Positions 1 to 12,184 of a stretch of 64,000 nt of DNA are shown piece after piece; position 1 is the stretch's first letter; the number at the start of each line of letters is the position of its first letter. A model generated the notes under the pieces. The model worked only from the letters and a program-made list of their open reading frames with translations, ran no database searches and had not been told where the DNA came from. The stretch lies in assembly GCF_016433145.1 (NCBI RefSeq), contig NC_058133.1, forward strand, positions 32,273,251 to 32,337,250. The letters are read 5' to 3'. This DNA comes from Gracilinanus agilis. Its lineage: Eukaryota. A program made the translations under genes and the position numbers.

Positions 1-420
1 CCCCACTCCCTGTAACCAAACTCACGCTCACTACAGTCCCGCCCCCAGGCACCCCCTCACCATCGTGCCCCCCGAGGTCCCCGAAGGCCGCCAGGACTGT
101 GGCTCCGGTCCGCACGTGCCGGAGATGCCGCTGCCTCTGCTCGTCCACACGCTCCCGAAACTGTTGCTGTCCCCCCAGCCCGAAGGGTTTCCCGGGCGCC
201 AGCCCAGGGGCATGAGGCCCCTCCCAGTTCCTGCCACACCTGGTCACACCCCGCCCCGCTCTGCCCCCACGTGATGTGGTGGTGCCCTGTCTGGCCGGCT
301 GGGACCCTGACACTACGGGGGTGCCCGGTACTCCCCGGCCCTTGGGCATCTTCGCCAAAGCAGATATCGGGCATTAGTGAGGGTCCGGGCCTGGCCCAGG
401 GAGCTGCCCTCTGCCTAGAA
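1..420 (-). promoter_or_regulatory. CpG-rich promoter and probable first exon of an unassigned minus-strand gene running off the left edge
   Basis: CpG-dense. GC box/CACCC at 245-258 and E-box CACGTG at 268-273. On the minus strand, ...ggcacgATG|GTGAGG gives a donor-like site at 61/60. By synteny FAAH or a paralogue is expected, but no FAAH exon-1 peptide is seen in any frame. Confidence 0.5.
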
Positions 421-1694
421 GCCGGGAAGAGAAGGGGCTTTGGGGGTCCTGGGCCAGCCAGCCCACAACGTCATTTTACAGACAAATCCAGGGCCTCCTT
501 GCTCACTGCCCCATCCTGGGTCACGGCTTTTCTCTCTTCTCTGGGGCTGCGGAGAGACCTCCAGTGCCACCCCCTACCTTCGACCTTTCCACTTTCTGCC
601 AGGGCACAGTAGTGCTAGGCTGATGCACTTAGTGCCATCCAACGTTGCCTCACCCCACCCTGCTCAGGCCACACGAGCCCTTGGGCAAATGCTACCTTCT
701 CCCCCATTCCCTGGGCACCCAACACCCTCACCCCAAACCTCCGCACCTCTTACCTGGCCTCAGGCTCTAGCCCCAAGGTCAGAGACCTCCCAACAGCTCT
801 CAAAACAACCTTCTTGAGACATAGGCAAGCCTAACATGGCTTCCTTCTTCTAGGAGGGCTCCCTGGTGCCAAGAGAACAAAGTCCCAAATCCTTGGCTGC
901 CATGCACTGAGCTGGCCCTAAATGGTAGACCTTTCCAGCTTGTCATCCCTTTCTCTCCTTCTACCAAGAAGGCTGCTTTCCTGCCTTTTCTTGTTCAGGA
1001 ATATTACAGAACATGTGGAGGGCAAGACTACTCCAACCCACAATTACTGGGATGCCACATAAATACTGGAAAGGACATCCAAATATGGCAAAAGGCAGAG
1101 CCAAGCCACAGTTGGTTCAGTTGTCAAGAGGTCTGACCCGTGACCCAATTGATATTTTTTTGTTTCTTTTTAGAGGTCCATGACTCTTAGCACTGGACTT
1201 TAAAGCAAATTAAAAAGATTATTCAGGCAGTGAGAAAACAGAGACCCAGACATGGGAAGTCACAAAGACAGGCTAGACCTTGGAGAGAACTGTGGCCATT
1301 TCCTATCTGGATTTGCTTCCTTTGGCCAGGAATTCTCCAAATTTATCCTAGATGAAGTTTTCTCTTCTCTTTCTTCTTTCCTATATCAATATCTGCTTTC
1401 CCTAACTACTGGTACTGATTCATTCTAAAGTATTAATAGCTAAAGGGGCTAACTTTGCCATCTCTAATTATCTCAACATCCATTCAATGAACAGAGATTA
1501 AATGCTTAATCTATAGTATGCACTGAATGTAGCCAAGTTCTGATAGGCAGAGCCCTGGCGCTCTTGGAGCCTTCAGTACAGTGGGAGATAAAACACAAAG
1601 GTACCTGAACAGCATAGAGATAAACCAATAAAAATTTGTGGATTGATTGACTATTGGGAAGCTCCATTGGGGAAAACGTTTCCCAAACTAGATC

Positions 1695-2810
1695 AGTAAA
1701 TCAAGAAGCCTATTTTGTGCTGAGCACTGCAAAAGTCTGGTGATTCAAAGAAAGGCAAAGACAGGCCCTTATGGAGTTCACAGTCTCAAGGGGAACGCAT
1801 GTAAATAACCAGGTACATTCAAACTATAGATAGAGTAGAGGGAAGGTAATCTCAGAGGGATAGACATTCACTCTGGAGGGAAGATAGGAACCAGGAAAGC
1901 AGACAAAGAAAGGCAGATGCTAGGACTGAGCTGAGACTTGAAGGAAGGCAGAGATTATATGACAGAAAGGAGAGAAGGGAAGGCATTCCAAGAATGAAGT
2001 GCCTGGACATAGCAAAGGCTTCGAGATAAGACTTGAAGTGTGGTGGTCAAGGAGCTACAAGAAGGCCAGAATGCTCACAGGGGAACAAAATAAAAGGTAA
2101 TGTAAGAGAGGGACAGGCTGGGAAGGGCTTTGAACATCAAACAGAATTTTACATTTGACCCTGGAGGTAATAGGGAGACACTGAAGTTTATGGAGAAGGA
2201 AGGTGGTGTGTTAGACCTGCGTTTTAGAAAGATTATTTGGGTAACCTGAGTGGAGGATGCACTAGAGTAGGGAGATTTGTGGCAGGCAGACCCAACAGCT
2301 GCTATTACTGTAATCCAGGTGTGAGGTGAAGAGGGACTGAACTGGGGGTGTTGGTGTCTGAGGAGAGATGTTGTGAAGGTAGAAACAAGTCTAGGCAATA
2401 GTAAGTGAGAGGGAGATGAGGAATCCAGGATGTGAGCCTGGGGAACTGGAAGGGTATCCATAATCTCATAATCATAGGGAAGTGAAGAAGACAGAAGGGT
2501 CTGCAGGAGAAAGATAATGAGATCAGTTTAGGACAGGTTGAGTTTAAGATGTCCTTGGAAAATCAGTGAGGACATCCAAAAGGTGATGTGTGACTGGAGG
2601 TTAGGAGAGAGGTTTAAGCATTATCTGTGTGGAGATGGTCATTGAACCCATAGGAACCAATGAGGTGATCATATGAGATAGCACAGAGGGAAAAGAAAAG
2701 AGAGAGAGCCCAGGACAGAGCCATAGGAGACCCCATGGTGTGGATGGGGAGTCAGAAAAGACTGAGGTCAGAAAGGTTGGAAGAGAACAAGGGAGAGTAG
2801 AGTTCTAAGG
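1695..2810 (-). mobile_element. L2 LINE 3' fragment
   Basis: Begins with the reverse complement of an L2 3' end (gtgctgagcactg...aaagaaaggcaaagacag...) and continues as purine-rich L2-like sequence. Boundaries approximate. Confidence 0.7.
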
Positions 2811-2818
2811 ACCTAGAG

Positions 2819-3040
2819 GGGCATTGGTGAAGGTTTTTTAGTTCGTGTGCCCAACTGCAACTTCAAGCTGCCTGTGAGCCCCCCACATTACCCCAGAGAG
2901 CAAAGGGAGGAAGAGCTCACTTTGGGAGGCTGGACAGAGGGGTGAGACATCCAAAAAATGTCCTCAGACACCGGGAAGAGGGAGAATGAGCAGCTTCCCC
3001 ATGCCAGCTCAGTACATGTGCCAATACTTTGGCAACACTG
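2819..3040 (+). mobile_element. hAT non-autonomous DNA transposon (MITE), copy 1
   Basis: Perfect 8-bp TSD ACCTAGAG at 2811-2818 and 3041-3048, degenerate TIRs, and full-length similarity to 59211-59426. Confidence 0.85.
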
Positions 3041-4279
3041 ACCTAGAGCGATTGAAAAAAGACCATCAGATTCAGCAATTAGGAGAGTATCGACTGGCCT
3101 CAGACACTTCCTAGCTGTGATCCTGTGCAAGTCACTTCTCCAATTACCTAGTCCTCCCCATTCTTCTGCCTTGGAATCAATACTTTGTATTGGTTATAAG
3201 ATTTTAAAAGACTTTTTTTTTAAATAGAGAGAGCATAGATCACTCTGGAGAGTCACACTGATTCAGCTGAATAATGAGTTTGGGAATATGAAGAAATGTA
3301 AGGAGTTAAGCTGAAAAGAATCACAGGATAGGAAACCTGAGCTATATGGGATAGTAAGGTTTCCATTCAAACAAAATGCTGATTCCTCGTTATTTATTCA
3401 TGCAACCCCAAAGGACCCAGAAGGTAATATTCATTTATTCAGCAAGCCAGCATGTATTGAGTCCCACCTAGAGCCAGACCCTAAGACAAAGGAAATAATC
3501 TCAGCCCTCAGGAAGTTTCCATCATCACCCTCATCCTAATTAGAGCACTTTGAGGTTTGCAAAGCACATTATATGTCGCATCATTTGATTCTGACAACAA
3601 TCTTGGAAGTTGTTAATAAACCTTATGTATTGTCTTCATTTTGTTTACAGATGAGGAAATTGAGATAGACCAAGGTTAAGTGACTTTCTGAAGGTCACAG
3701 TTAGTGAGTGTCTGAGGCAGGATTGGAACTAGGGTCTTTCTGACTCACAGTCCCATCCTCTACCCATTGGGCTATCCAGATGCCCGCATTCTACTAACAT
3801 GTGCACACTATTTTGTTGACTTGAGAGCCATATTGCCATATTGGTATGCCCCATCTTAGGGGTGTCCTAGCTCTGGTCCAGAATATAAGACAGCTAAGCT
3901 TCTTGGGCCTTAGCTTTTCCAGTTGTAAAATGAACCAAATGATGTTTAAAAGCTCCCTGTGGATCTGCATTCAAGGATGCTGAGACTGAAGACAAACTTT
4001 GGCATTAGGGTTGATGCCAGCCTGGGAACCCTCAAGGCCAGGATGAGTTCCTCTACCCTTTCTTCCTCACCATCCAAACCCCATACTGCTACATTGGGGG
4101 GCGGGGTGCGGGGAGAAGATTCTCTTCTGGGACAGAAGAAAGTGACAGACACAGGACCTGCCAAGAACAATGACATGCCCATTTCTGACTGCCCTATGCT
4201 GTAGAGAAAGCAAAGATTAAGATCAAGGCAGAAAGTGTCAGAATTGGGATTCAAATTCAGATCTTCCAGCCCCTGAACC

Positions 4280-5170
4280 CAGAGCTCTTTCCTTCTCAAC
4301 TCCCTTTGCTGGCTTATCATGCCCCTAACTACTCATAACCCTAACTGTGGGTGTTCCCAAGATGCTCTCCTCAGTCCTCTTCCTTCTTTCTCCTTGTAAC
4401 CTCATCAATGCCATGGTTTTGACTATCATTCAGGCCAGTGACTTCCAGATCTATAAATACAGCCCTCAGTTCTCTCGACCTTCAATCCTGTGTCATCAAC
4501 TGCCTCTTAAACATTTCATCACTCCCGAAGATGTCTCAAATTCAGCATATCCAGGACGCAACCTATTATTTTCCCCCAAAAAACCCTACCCTCTTCCCAG
4601 TTTCCAAATTTCTGTCAAAAACCCTTCCAGTCTCCTCTGCTAGTCATCTCAGCATCATCCTGGTCCTCTTCCCTCATCCCACACAGCCATGCTAGTCCCC
4701 AAATCTTTCCATTTCAACTTTGACAAACCTTTCTCTCATTCTTTGTTTCTATTCACACGGCCACCATGTTAGTTGAGGTCCTCATTACCTCTCACCTGAG
4801 TTATTGCAAGGTTCCCAATTGGTTCCTGCCTCAAGTTTGTCCCACTTCCATCTATGCTTCCCATATCTGCCATTGTGATTTTTCTCAAGCCCAGATGTAA
4901 CCATCACTCTTTAGTCTTAAAAATGTGAGGAGCTCCCTATTACCTCTAGAATCAAATGTTTAAAAATCCCACATTTCACTTTTGAAACTCTTAATGACTT
5001 AGCCTAACCTATCTTGCCAGCCTCACTGAACAATTCAGTCTAGCTGATGACCTCTTGAATCTTCTCATCATCCTGCATTTTCATTGTCCTTCATTCGTTT
5101 TTGGCACTCACTCCTCCCTTCCCACTCACTACCTCATTCTTTCTTTAAGACACTGTTCAAATACTACATT
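4280..5170 (+). mobile_element. L2 LINE fragment
   Basis: Pyrimidine-rich sequence resembling the L2 3' ORF/UTR. Boundaries approximate. Confidence 0.6.
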
Positions 5171-6584
5171 CTATATGAAGCCTTTCCCAATTCCCCTACA
5201 CACACACAAAACTAGTACCTAGAATGCATTTAGTAAGCACCTACTGTATGTCAGGCACTTAGCTAAGCCCTGGGCTTCCTTTCAGTTTATCTTGCATTGA
5301 ATTATTTCATAGGTATTAGAATCTATTCACTTGATATTTAGGTGGGCTTTTATGGATGTCTTTTGCTGCCTACTTATCTCAGATGTACTCAGTTCCTTTG
5401 ACTAGGGAGTGCATCGTGCTTTGTCTTTGTAGCCCCAGAGGTAGGTATACAGTAGACATTTCATAAATGTTTGTTTAGTAAAGTAAACTAAGTAAGTTCA
5501 GTGGATAGAGCTCCAAACCTGGAGTCTGGAGGACCTGGGTTCAAAGCTAGCCTCAGATACTTCCTAGATGTGTGACCCTGGGCATATCACTTAATTCCAA
5601 GTGCCTAGCCCTTGCTCTTCTGTATTAGAAATGTTACCTCAACAGAAAGCAATGATTTTAAGTAAATAAATAAATGCTAGTTGATTGGTTGATTTTATAG
5701 CCCCTTATTACGCCATACCTAGGCCTCCTCTGTGACTCTCTCTCTGGGCACTTGGGAATGGCCAGAGACTCCTCTGGACCTTGTCCCCTCAGGGCTGGGC
5801 CCCCTAAAACTATCTTGGATAAGTTTTAGCCCTAGTCGCAGGGCAAAGCAAAGCAAATGTTTCTAAATTTCTTCCCCTGGAGTTGGGGTCTCCTGGAGCC
5901 AGCATCTACTGTCCTGGGAAGGAAGTGCACTCCTCTCGGGGGGCTGGGGCTGGCCTGGAATAGCCCCCTTCCACTTTCTCATCTGCTGATTTCTACCCAT
6001 CCTAGAATGCCCAACTCTGGGGCCATGTCATGCAGGAAGACTGCCTTGATCTTTAACTGCAAAATCTGCTGCTCTTTTTTCACTCTACATCCTTCTTGGT
6101 CAGTCAGCAAACTTATGTGCCAGCCACTGAACTGAGCTCTGGGGCTTTGTAAACAGGGGAAAGTATGGTGTGTGCCCTCAAGGAGCTCACGGTCAGTGCC
6201 AATAACCCAAACAAACCAAAAATAAACAGTTAGTCAACCAGACAACTTCTGGGGAAGGAGGGAGGACCTGAAGAATCCTTCTGAAGATTGTGCAATTTGA
6301 GCCAAGTTTTGAAGGAAGTTAGGGAAGGGAGGAGGCAGAGGTGAGGAGGAAGAGCATCCCAAGCCCGGGGCACAGTCAGGGCAAATATATGGAGTTAAGA
6401 GATGGAGGGTCTTGTTGGAGGAAGGGTACCTTGTAGAGAGTAAAATGAAAAAAACCCTGGAAAGGCAGGAGGGGGCTAGGTTGTAAATCCTGGGAGTCAG
6501 GATCACTTCTTAAATTATTGCAATGGCTTATTCCCAGCTTCAAGTCTCTCCTTGCTCGTCTATCCTCCATAGATCTGCCAAGAT

Positions 6585-7690
6585 GATTTTTCTTTTTCTG
6601 TATATATATTTACCAACTACATGTATTAACAAAATTCCACACAAGTTTTCCTAAGTTATATGATTGAACTTATCTCCCTCCTTCCCTTCCTTTTCCCCTC
6701 CTGGTGCCGGCAGTTGGCTGGATCTGGGTTATTCATGTATTATCATGCAAAACATATTTCCATATTGTTCATTTTTGTGAGTGACTAATCTAATAAAACC
6801 AAAACCCCATAACATATATCCAAATAAACAATTGAAAAATCCTATGCTTTCATCTGCGTTCTGATCCCACCAGTCCTTTCTCTAGAGGTGGGGTGGCGTT
6901 CTTTGTCATAAGTCCCTCAGAATTGTCCTGGATCATTGCATTGCTGAGAATAGCTAAGTCTATCACAGATTGTCCCACAATATTGCAGTTACTGTGTATA
7001 ATGTTTTCTGGTTCTGCTTATTTCACTCCATATAAGTTCATGGAGGTCTTTCCAGCTTTCTGAAATCATCCTGTTCATTATTCCTTAAAGCACAATAGTA
7101 TTCCATCACCATCATATACCACGATTTGTTCACCTATTCCCCAATTGATGGCTATCCTTTTAATTTCCAATTCTTTGCCACCACAAAAAGAGCAGCTATA
7201 AGTATTTTTGTACAAATAGGTCCCCCCACCTTTTTTTAATCTCTTTGGTATACAGACCTAGTAGTGGTATAACTGGATCAAAAGGTATAAATTGTTTTAT
7301 AGCCTTTTGGGTATAGTTCCAAATTGCCCTCCAGAATGGTTGGATCAGTTCACAACTCCACCAGAAATGTGTCCCAATTTTGCCACATCTCCTCCAACTT
7401 TTATTATTTTCCTTTAACGTCATACTGGTTACTCTGCTAGGTGTGAGGTGGTACCTCAGAATTGTTTTAATTGCATTTCTTTAATTAAGAAAGATTTAGT
7501 ATATTTTTTTCACATTAATATTGATAGCTTTGATTTCTTCTTTTGAAAACTACTTATTCATATCCTTTGACTATTTGTCAATTGGGGAATGACTTGGATT
7601 CTTATAAATTTGATTTAGTTCTTTATATATTTGAGAAATTAGACCTTTATCAGAGAAATATGTATTAAAAGTTTTTCCCCAATTTGTTGT
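6585..7690 (-). mobile_element. L1 3' end (ORF2 C-terminus and 3' UTR)
   Basis: ORF 7196-7423 gives SWRRCGKIG..WWSCELIQPFWRAIWNY..PFDPVIPLLGLY, the L1 ORF2 Cys-rich C-terminus. Marsupial L1 3' UTR lies at the left. Confidence 0.9.
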
Positions 7691-8026
7691 TTGGTTTCTC
7701 CGCCATTAGAATGTTAGTTCCTGGTGAATAAGGAAGGTTTCATTCTTTGTCCTTGAATCCCCAGAGCCTAACATAGGGTCAGGGCTTCATGAATGCTTTT
7801 GTTGGGTTGGATTGATAATTCTATTGGCCCTTTTGGCATCTTTGGGCCTTGTGAAGGAAATGCTTGATAAAGAAATGGAAGTCCCTAATTATACATAGCT
7901 CATAAGCAGCAAAGGCATAATTGGAACCAGGATTTCTGACTTCAGCCTCTCTACTTTTCATACTGTTGAGATAGTTTGTTGTATGTAGCCTAAGGCCTTT
8001 ATGGAATTCCTAGCTGCTGACATTCA

Positions 8027-9060
8027 TGTTATGCTTATTCATATCCTTTGACCATTTGTCAATTGGGGAATGACTTGTATTCTTATACATTTGATTTAGT
8101 TTTTTATTCATTTGAGAAATGAGGCTTTTGCCAGAGAAATATGCTTTCTCAGCTTGTTGTTTCCCTTCTAGTCTTGGTTGCATTGGTTTTGTTTGTATGA
8201 AACCTTTTTAATTTAATATAATCAAAATTACTTATTTTACATCTTGTAATGTTCTCTATTGTTTGGTCATAAATTCTTCCCTTCCATATAGATCTGAGAG
8301 GTAAACTATTCTATTTTCCCCTAATTTATTTATAATATCACCCTTTATGTCTAAATCATATACCTGTTTTGACCTTATCTTGGTAAAGGGTGTTATAAGG
8401 GTGAAAAAGGGGTTTTATGGTTTCAGTATATTAAAAATGGTCACCAGAGAATTAAACTATTATCAATCCTCAATTAAGAATAATCTCAAATCAAAATTGA
8501 CTTTTATGGAAGTTTACTTACATGAGAGAACAGAGAGAGGAAGAAAATAAGAATCTATCTCATTAATTAATCCAGGTAGATCTTAACCCTCAGCCAAGGG
8601 TTAAAGGGCCTGAGGCCCAGGGGTGAATGGAGCAAACTTCAATCACAGAGTCTATAAAAGGAAGTCTCTTAATAGAAGTTCAGGGAGATTCAGTCTTTAA
8701 ACTCACCACGTGGAACAGTCTCAGTTACAAACCAGCGAAGCTCCCTCAGGTCTCCTTCACCACACCAGTCGCAGCCTCACTCACTCAACTCCCTTTTTTA
8801 AAAGGTCACGTATGCGGCACGTCCAGTGCCTTCCCCTAGCCTGTGTGTCTAATCACAATAGACACTTTTCTCATAGAAAGTGTAGGGAGCGGTCAGTTGA
8901 TTCTGATTCATTACTCACTCTAGCACACGTGGGTTAGGACCTCCCAGAATTGGAAGGTGCTCTCACCTTTGGTGATTAAATCTAAAGATGGGCAGTGTAG
9001 ACTTAATCTAATTATCACAGTTTGAGATACCTATCTATACCTAATTTTTAGACTATGACA
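8027..9060 (-). mobile_element. Second L1 ORF2 fragment, interrupted by solo LTR-A
   Basis: 8030-8150 resembles 7550-7680, and the L1 sequence resumes after the LTR at 9020. Confidence 0.75.
8394..9019 (-). mobile_element. Solo ERV LTR-A
   Basis: Minus strand starts TGTGATAATTAG; 49 of the first 53 nt match LTR-B. Degenerate 4-bp TSD GTGT/GTTT. Internal donor TG|GTGAGT at 8706-8701. Confidence 0.85.
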
Positions 9061-9491
9061 TATTTTAAAACAGTGAGGAGGGAATCAGTAAAAGAGTTAA
9101 GAGGTTGAAGATTCAAGAGGGAGAAGATAGCAATTTGTTGGAGAAAATAGGAGGATATGGGACCAACCAAGGACACGTGTGGAGAAGGGCTGGCCTTGGC
9201 AACTTTGAAGAGACCAAGGGGAAAGGAGAAGAGGGTGAGAGATGATTTCAAAGGACTTTGAGATGAAGAGAAAGGGAAGGGGGTGGATGCCTCACATTAA
9301 ATGATCTCAATTTTTTTCAGTAAAATAGAAGACTAGCTAATAGAAGGAAGGGGGAAATATGGAAGACTTGGGGAGCTTTACAAAAACCTTTGTGTAGAAA
9401 GGGATAAAGAATTAATAAGGGAGAAATAAAAGTGGACAGCTTTGATGCAGTAAAGGTTTACATGTATTTTAAATAAACCCTATCTATTTGG

Positions 9492-10278
9492 TGTGATAAT
9501 TAGATTAAATCTACCCAGCCAATCTTTAGATTTAATCACCAAAGCTGAAAACATCTCCACTTAACTCACAAGTTGGGAGGTCTGTGACCCATGTGTGCTA
9601 GAGTGAGTGACAAATCAGAATTTACTGACTGCCTCCTGGGCAGTCCTAAGAAAAACGTCTGTTGTGATTGGATATGTAAACTAGGAGGAAGGCACAGGAA
9701 GTGATGCAAAAGAAGCCCCTTTAAAAGAGAGTTCAATGAGTTCATCTGGGTCTTCTGGTTCGTGTCTTAGATCTGAAGGATTTCTTCTTGTTCATTGCTT
9801 AGATGTGGAGGAGCTCTGGAGCTGGGACCCTGAGACTTTGGTGAGACTGTTCTTAAATCTTTCCTTTGGAATTCCATGTGGTGAGTGTAAAGACTGAATC
9901 TTCCTGAACTTTTCTTAAGGAACTTCCCTTTCAAAAGAGACTCTATGGCTGAAGCTTTCACTTCATTCCCCTCTGGGGCCCTCTGAGCCTCTGACTTTCC
10001 AGCCTTGGGCTCAAGGCCAAAATTCCCTTGGCTGAGGGTTAATTAGATCTGCCTAGGTCAAACTAGGGGATTGGAGCAAATGAACTAGTGTGTTAGATTA
10101 TTTATCTTATCTTATCCTCTCTCATTTCCTTATTTCCTCTTCCTCTCCACATTTATAAATAAACTTCCATAAAAGTCATTTTGACTTGAGGTTTAATTGG
10201 GGATTGATAATTATTCAATTCCCTGGCGACCAAACCTTTTAATATTCACCCAATCAAAACCCTTTCTTACCCCTTACA
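9492..10278 (+). mobile_element. Solo ERV LTR-B (ERV1-like)
   Basis: TG...CA termini, 4-bp TSD TTGG (9488-9491 and 10279-10282), AATAAA at 10158-10163. Confidence 0.9.
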
Positions 10279-10653
10279 TTGGAAAAATAGGAAAAGAAGT
10301 TCTGCCAAATTCCTTTTATGACACAAATATGGTACTAATACCTAATCCAGAAAGAGCAAAATCAGAGAAAGAAAACTATAGATCAATCTCTCTAATGAAT
10401 ATTGATGTAAAAATGTTAAATAAAATACTAGCAAAGAGATTACAACAATATATCAGAAAGATCATACACTGTGACTAGGTAGGTTTTATATCAGGAATGT
10501 CGAGTTGGTTCAGAATAAGAAAAGCAATCAGCATAATTAACTATATCAAAAACAAAACCAACAGAAATCATATGATTATCTCAATAGATACAGAAAAAGC
10601 TTTTGACAAATGACAACACCCATTCCTATTAAAAGCACTAGAAATCATAGTAA

Positions 10654-11314
10654 TGTGTAAATAGAATTAACTCTAACCATTCATAGTCAAAAATCTACTC
10701 ATCCTAGCCATAGAAATTACGTCACACTCACCTTCCTTAGTGGGGAGGGGAGACGAGCTACCCACACCTGACAACAAGTAACAAATCAAGAACAAGGGAC
10801 TGCCCTTTGGGCAGTCCGAATCGATGTAGAGACTGCCATTTGTCCATTTGAATTAGAGGTGGACCCACGGGAAGTGACGAAAGACACTATCTCTTTAAGT
10901 AAGTTGGTTACTTACTGTGGAGGCAGTTCCCGCTCTGAACTTTGTGCTGAAGGACCTCTCCTGAGACCACAGAACGCTTACACTCTGTATTGTCACATGG
11001 GTAAGTTAGGCTGACTTCCTTGGCCTATCTAGGCCACTTCCAAACTGCCTTAAGCAGGGTTGCTGGGCCTTGTGGCTTGCAGCTTCATTTATTTAGCCTT
11101 TTAACCTTCTCTCTCATCCAGGCCTGACCAGGCCTGGACTAGCCTCTCCCTTTCTCTTTATTCCTATACTTTTACCTTCCTGATTGTAAATAAACTTGCC
11201 TCAACCCGATGCTGACTTGGGTCTGATTTAATTACGCAATCAATCTGAACTGTTGATTCCTGGCGGCCACGTTTTAATTATGTATCTATAAAATACCTAA
11301 ATTTCCCTCTTACA
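10654..11314 (+). mobile_element. Solo ERV LTR-C
   Basis: TG...CA termini, 4-bp TSD GTAA (10650-10653 and 11315-11318), AATAAA at 11189-11194. The L1 is continuous across it. Confidence 0.9.
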
Positions 11315-11982
11315 GTAATAAATTGAACTTTCTTTAAAATGATAAGCACTGCCTATCTAAAACCATCAGCAAGCATTATATGTTATGGAAATGAGCTAGA
11401 AGCCTTCCAAGTAAGATCAGGGGTAAAGCAAGGATGTCCATTATCACCACTATTATTCAAAATTGTACTAGAAATGCTAGATGGAGCAAAAAGAAAAGAA
11501 AAATAAATTGAAGGAATTAAAATAAACAGTGAAGAAACAAAGCTATCACTTTTTGCAGATGATATGATAGTCTATTTAGAGAATCCTAGAGAATCAATTA
11601 AAAAACTAGTTGAAAAAAATTAACTTTAGCAAAGTTTCAGGATAGAAAATAAACCCACTTAAATCATCAGAATTTCTACATATTACCAACAAAGTTCAAC
11701 AGGAAGAAATAGAAAGAGAAATTCCATTTAAAATAACTATAGACAATATAAAATGTTTGAGAGTCTACCTGCCAAGACAAGACTAAGAGCTATATCAACA
11801 TAATTACAAAACACTTTTCACACAAATAAGTACAGGTCTAAAAAATTGGAGAAATATTAATTGCTCATGGGTAGACTGAGCAAATATAATAAAAATGACA
11901 ATTATGCATAAATTAAATTATTTATCTAGTGACATACCTACAAAACTACTCCCCCCAAAATTTATAGAAGTAAAAAAAAAAA

Positions 11983-12184
11983 TTTTTTTTAAACTCTTAC
12001 CTTCTGTCTTGGAGTCAATACTGTGTATTGGCTCCAAGGCAGAAGAGTGGTAAGGATAGGCAATGGGGGTCAAGTGACTTGCTCAGGGTCACATAGCTGG
12101 GAAGTGTCTGAAGCCAGATTTGAACCTAGGACCTCCCATCTCTAGGCTTGGCTCTCAATCCACTGAGCTACCCAGTTGCCTCCC
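11983..12184 (-). mobile_element. SINE1_Mdo-like SINE
   Basis: tRNA-derived head, CORE and the diagnostic tail (cttaccttctgtcttggagtcaatactgtgtattggctccaaggcagaagag on +). Confidence 0.9.

Noticed and set aside
125-180. Plus-strand peptide PLPLLVHTLPKLLLSPQ resembling FAAH exon 2 (PLPQLVQKLHSRELAPE)
   Set aside because: Wrong strand for synteny, no convincing splice sites, and flanks do not align; a low-complexity chance match.
10197-10478. RT-like ORF as a possible gene
   Set aside because: Fragment of a decayed L1 ORF2 fused to LTR sequence, with stops immediately downstream.
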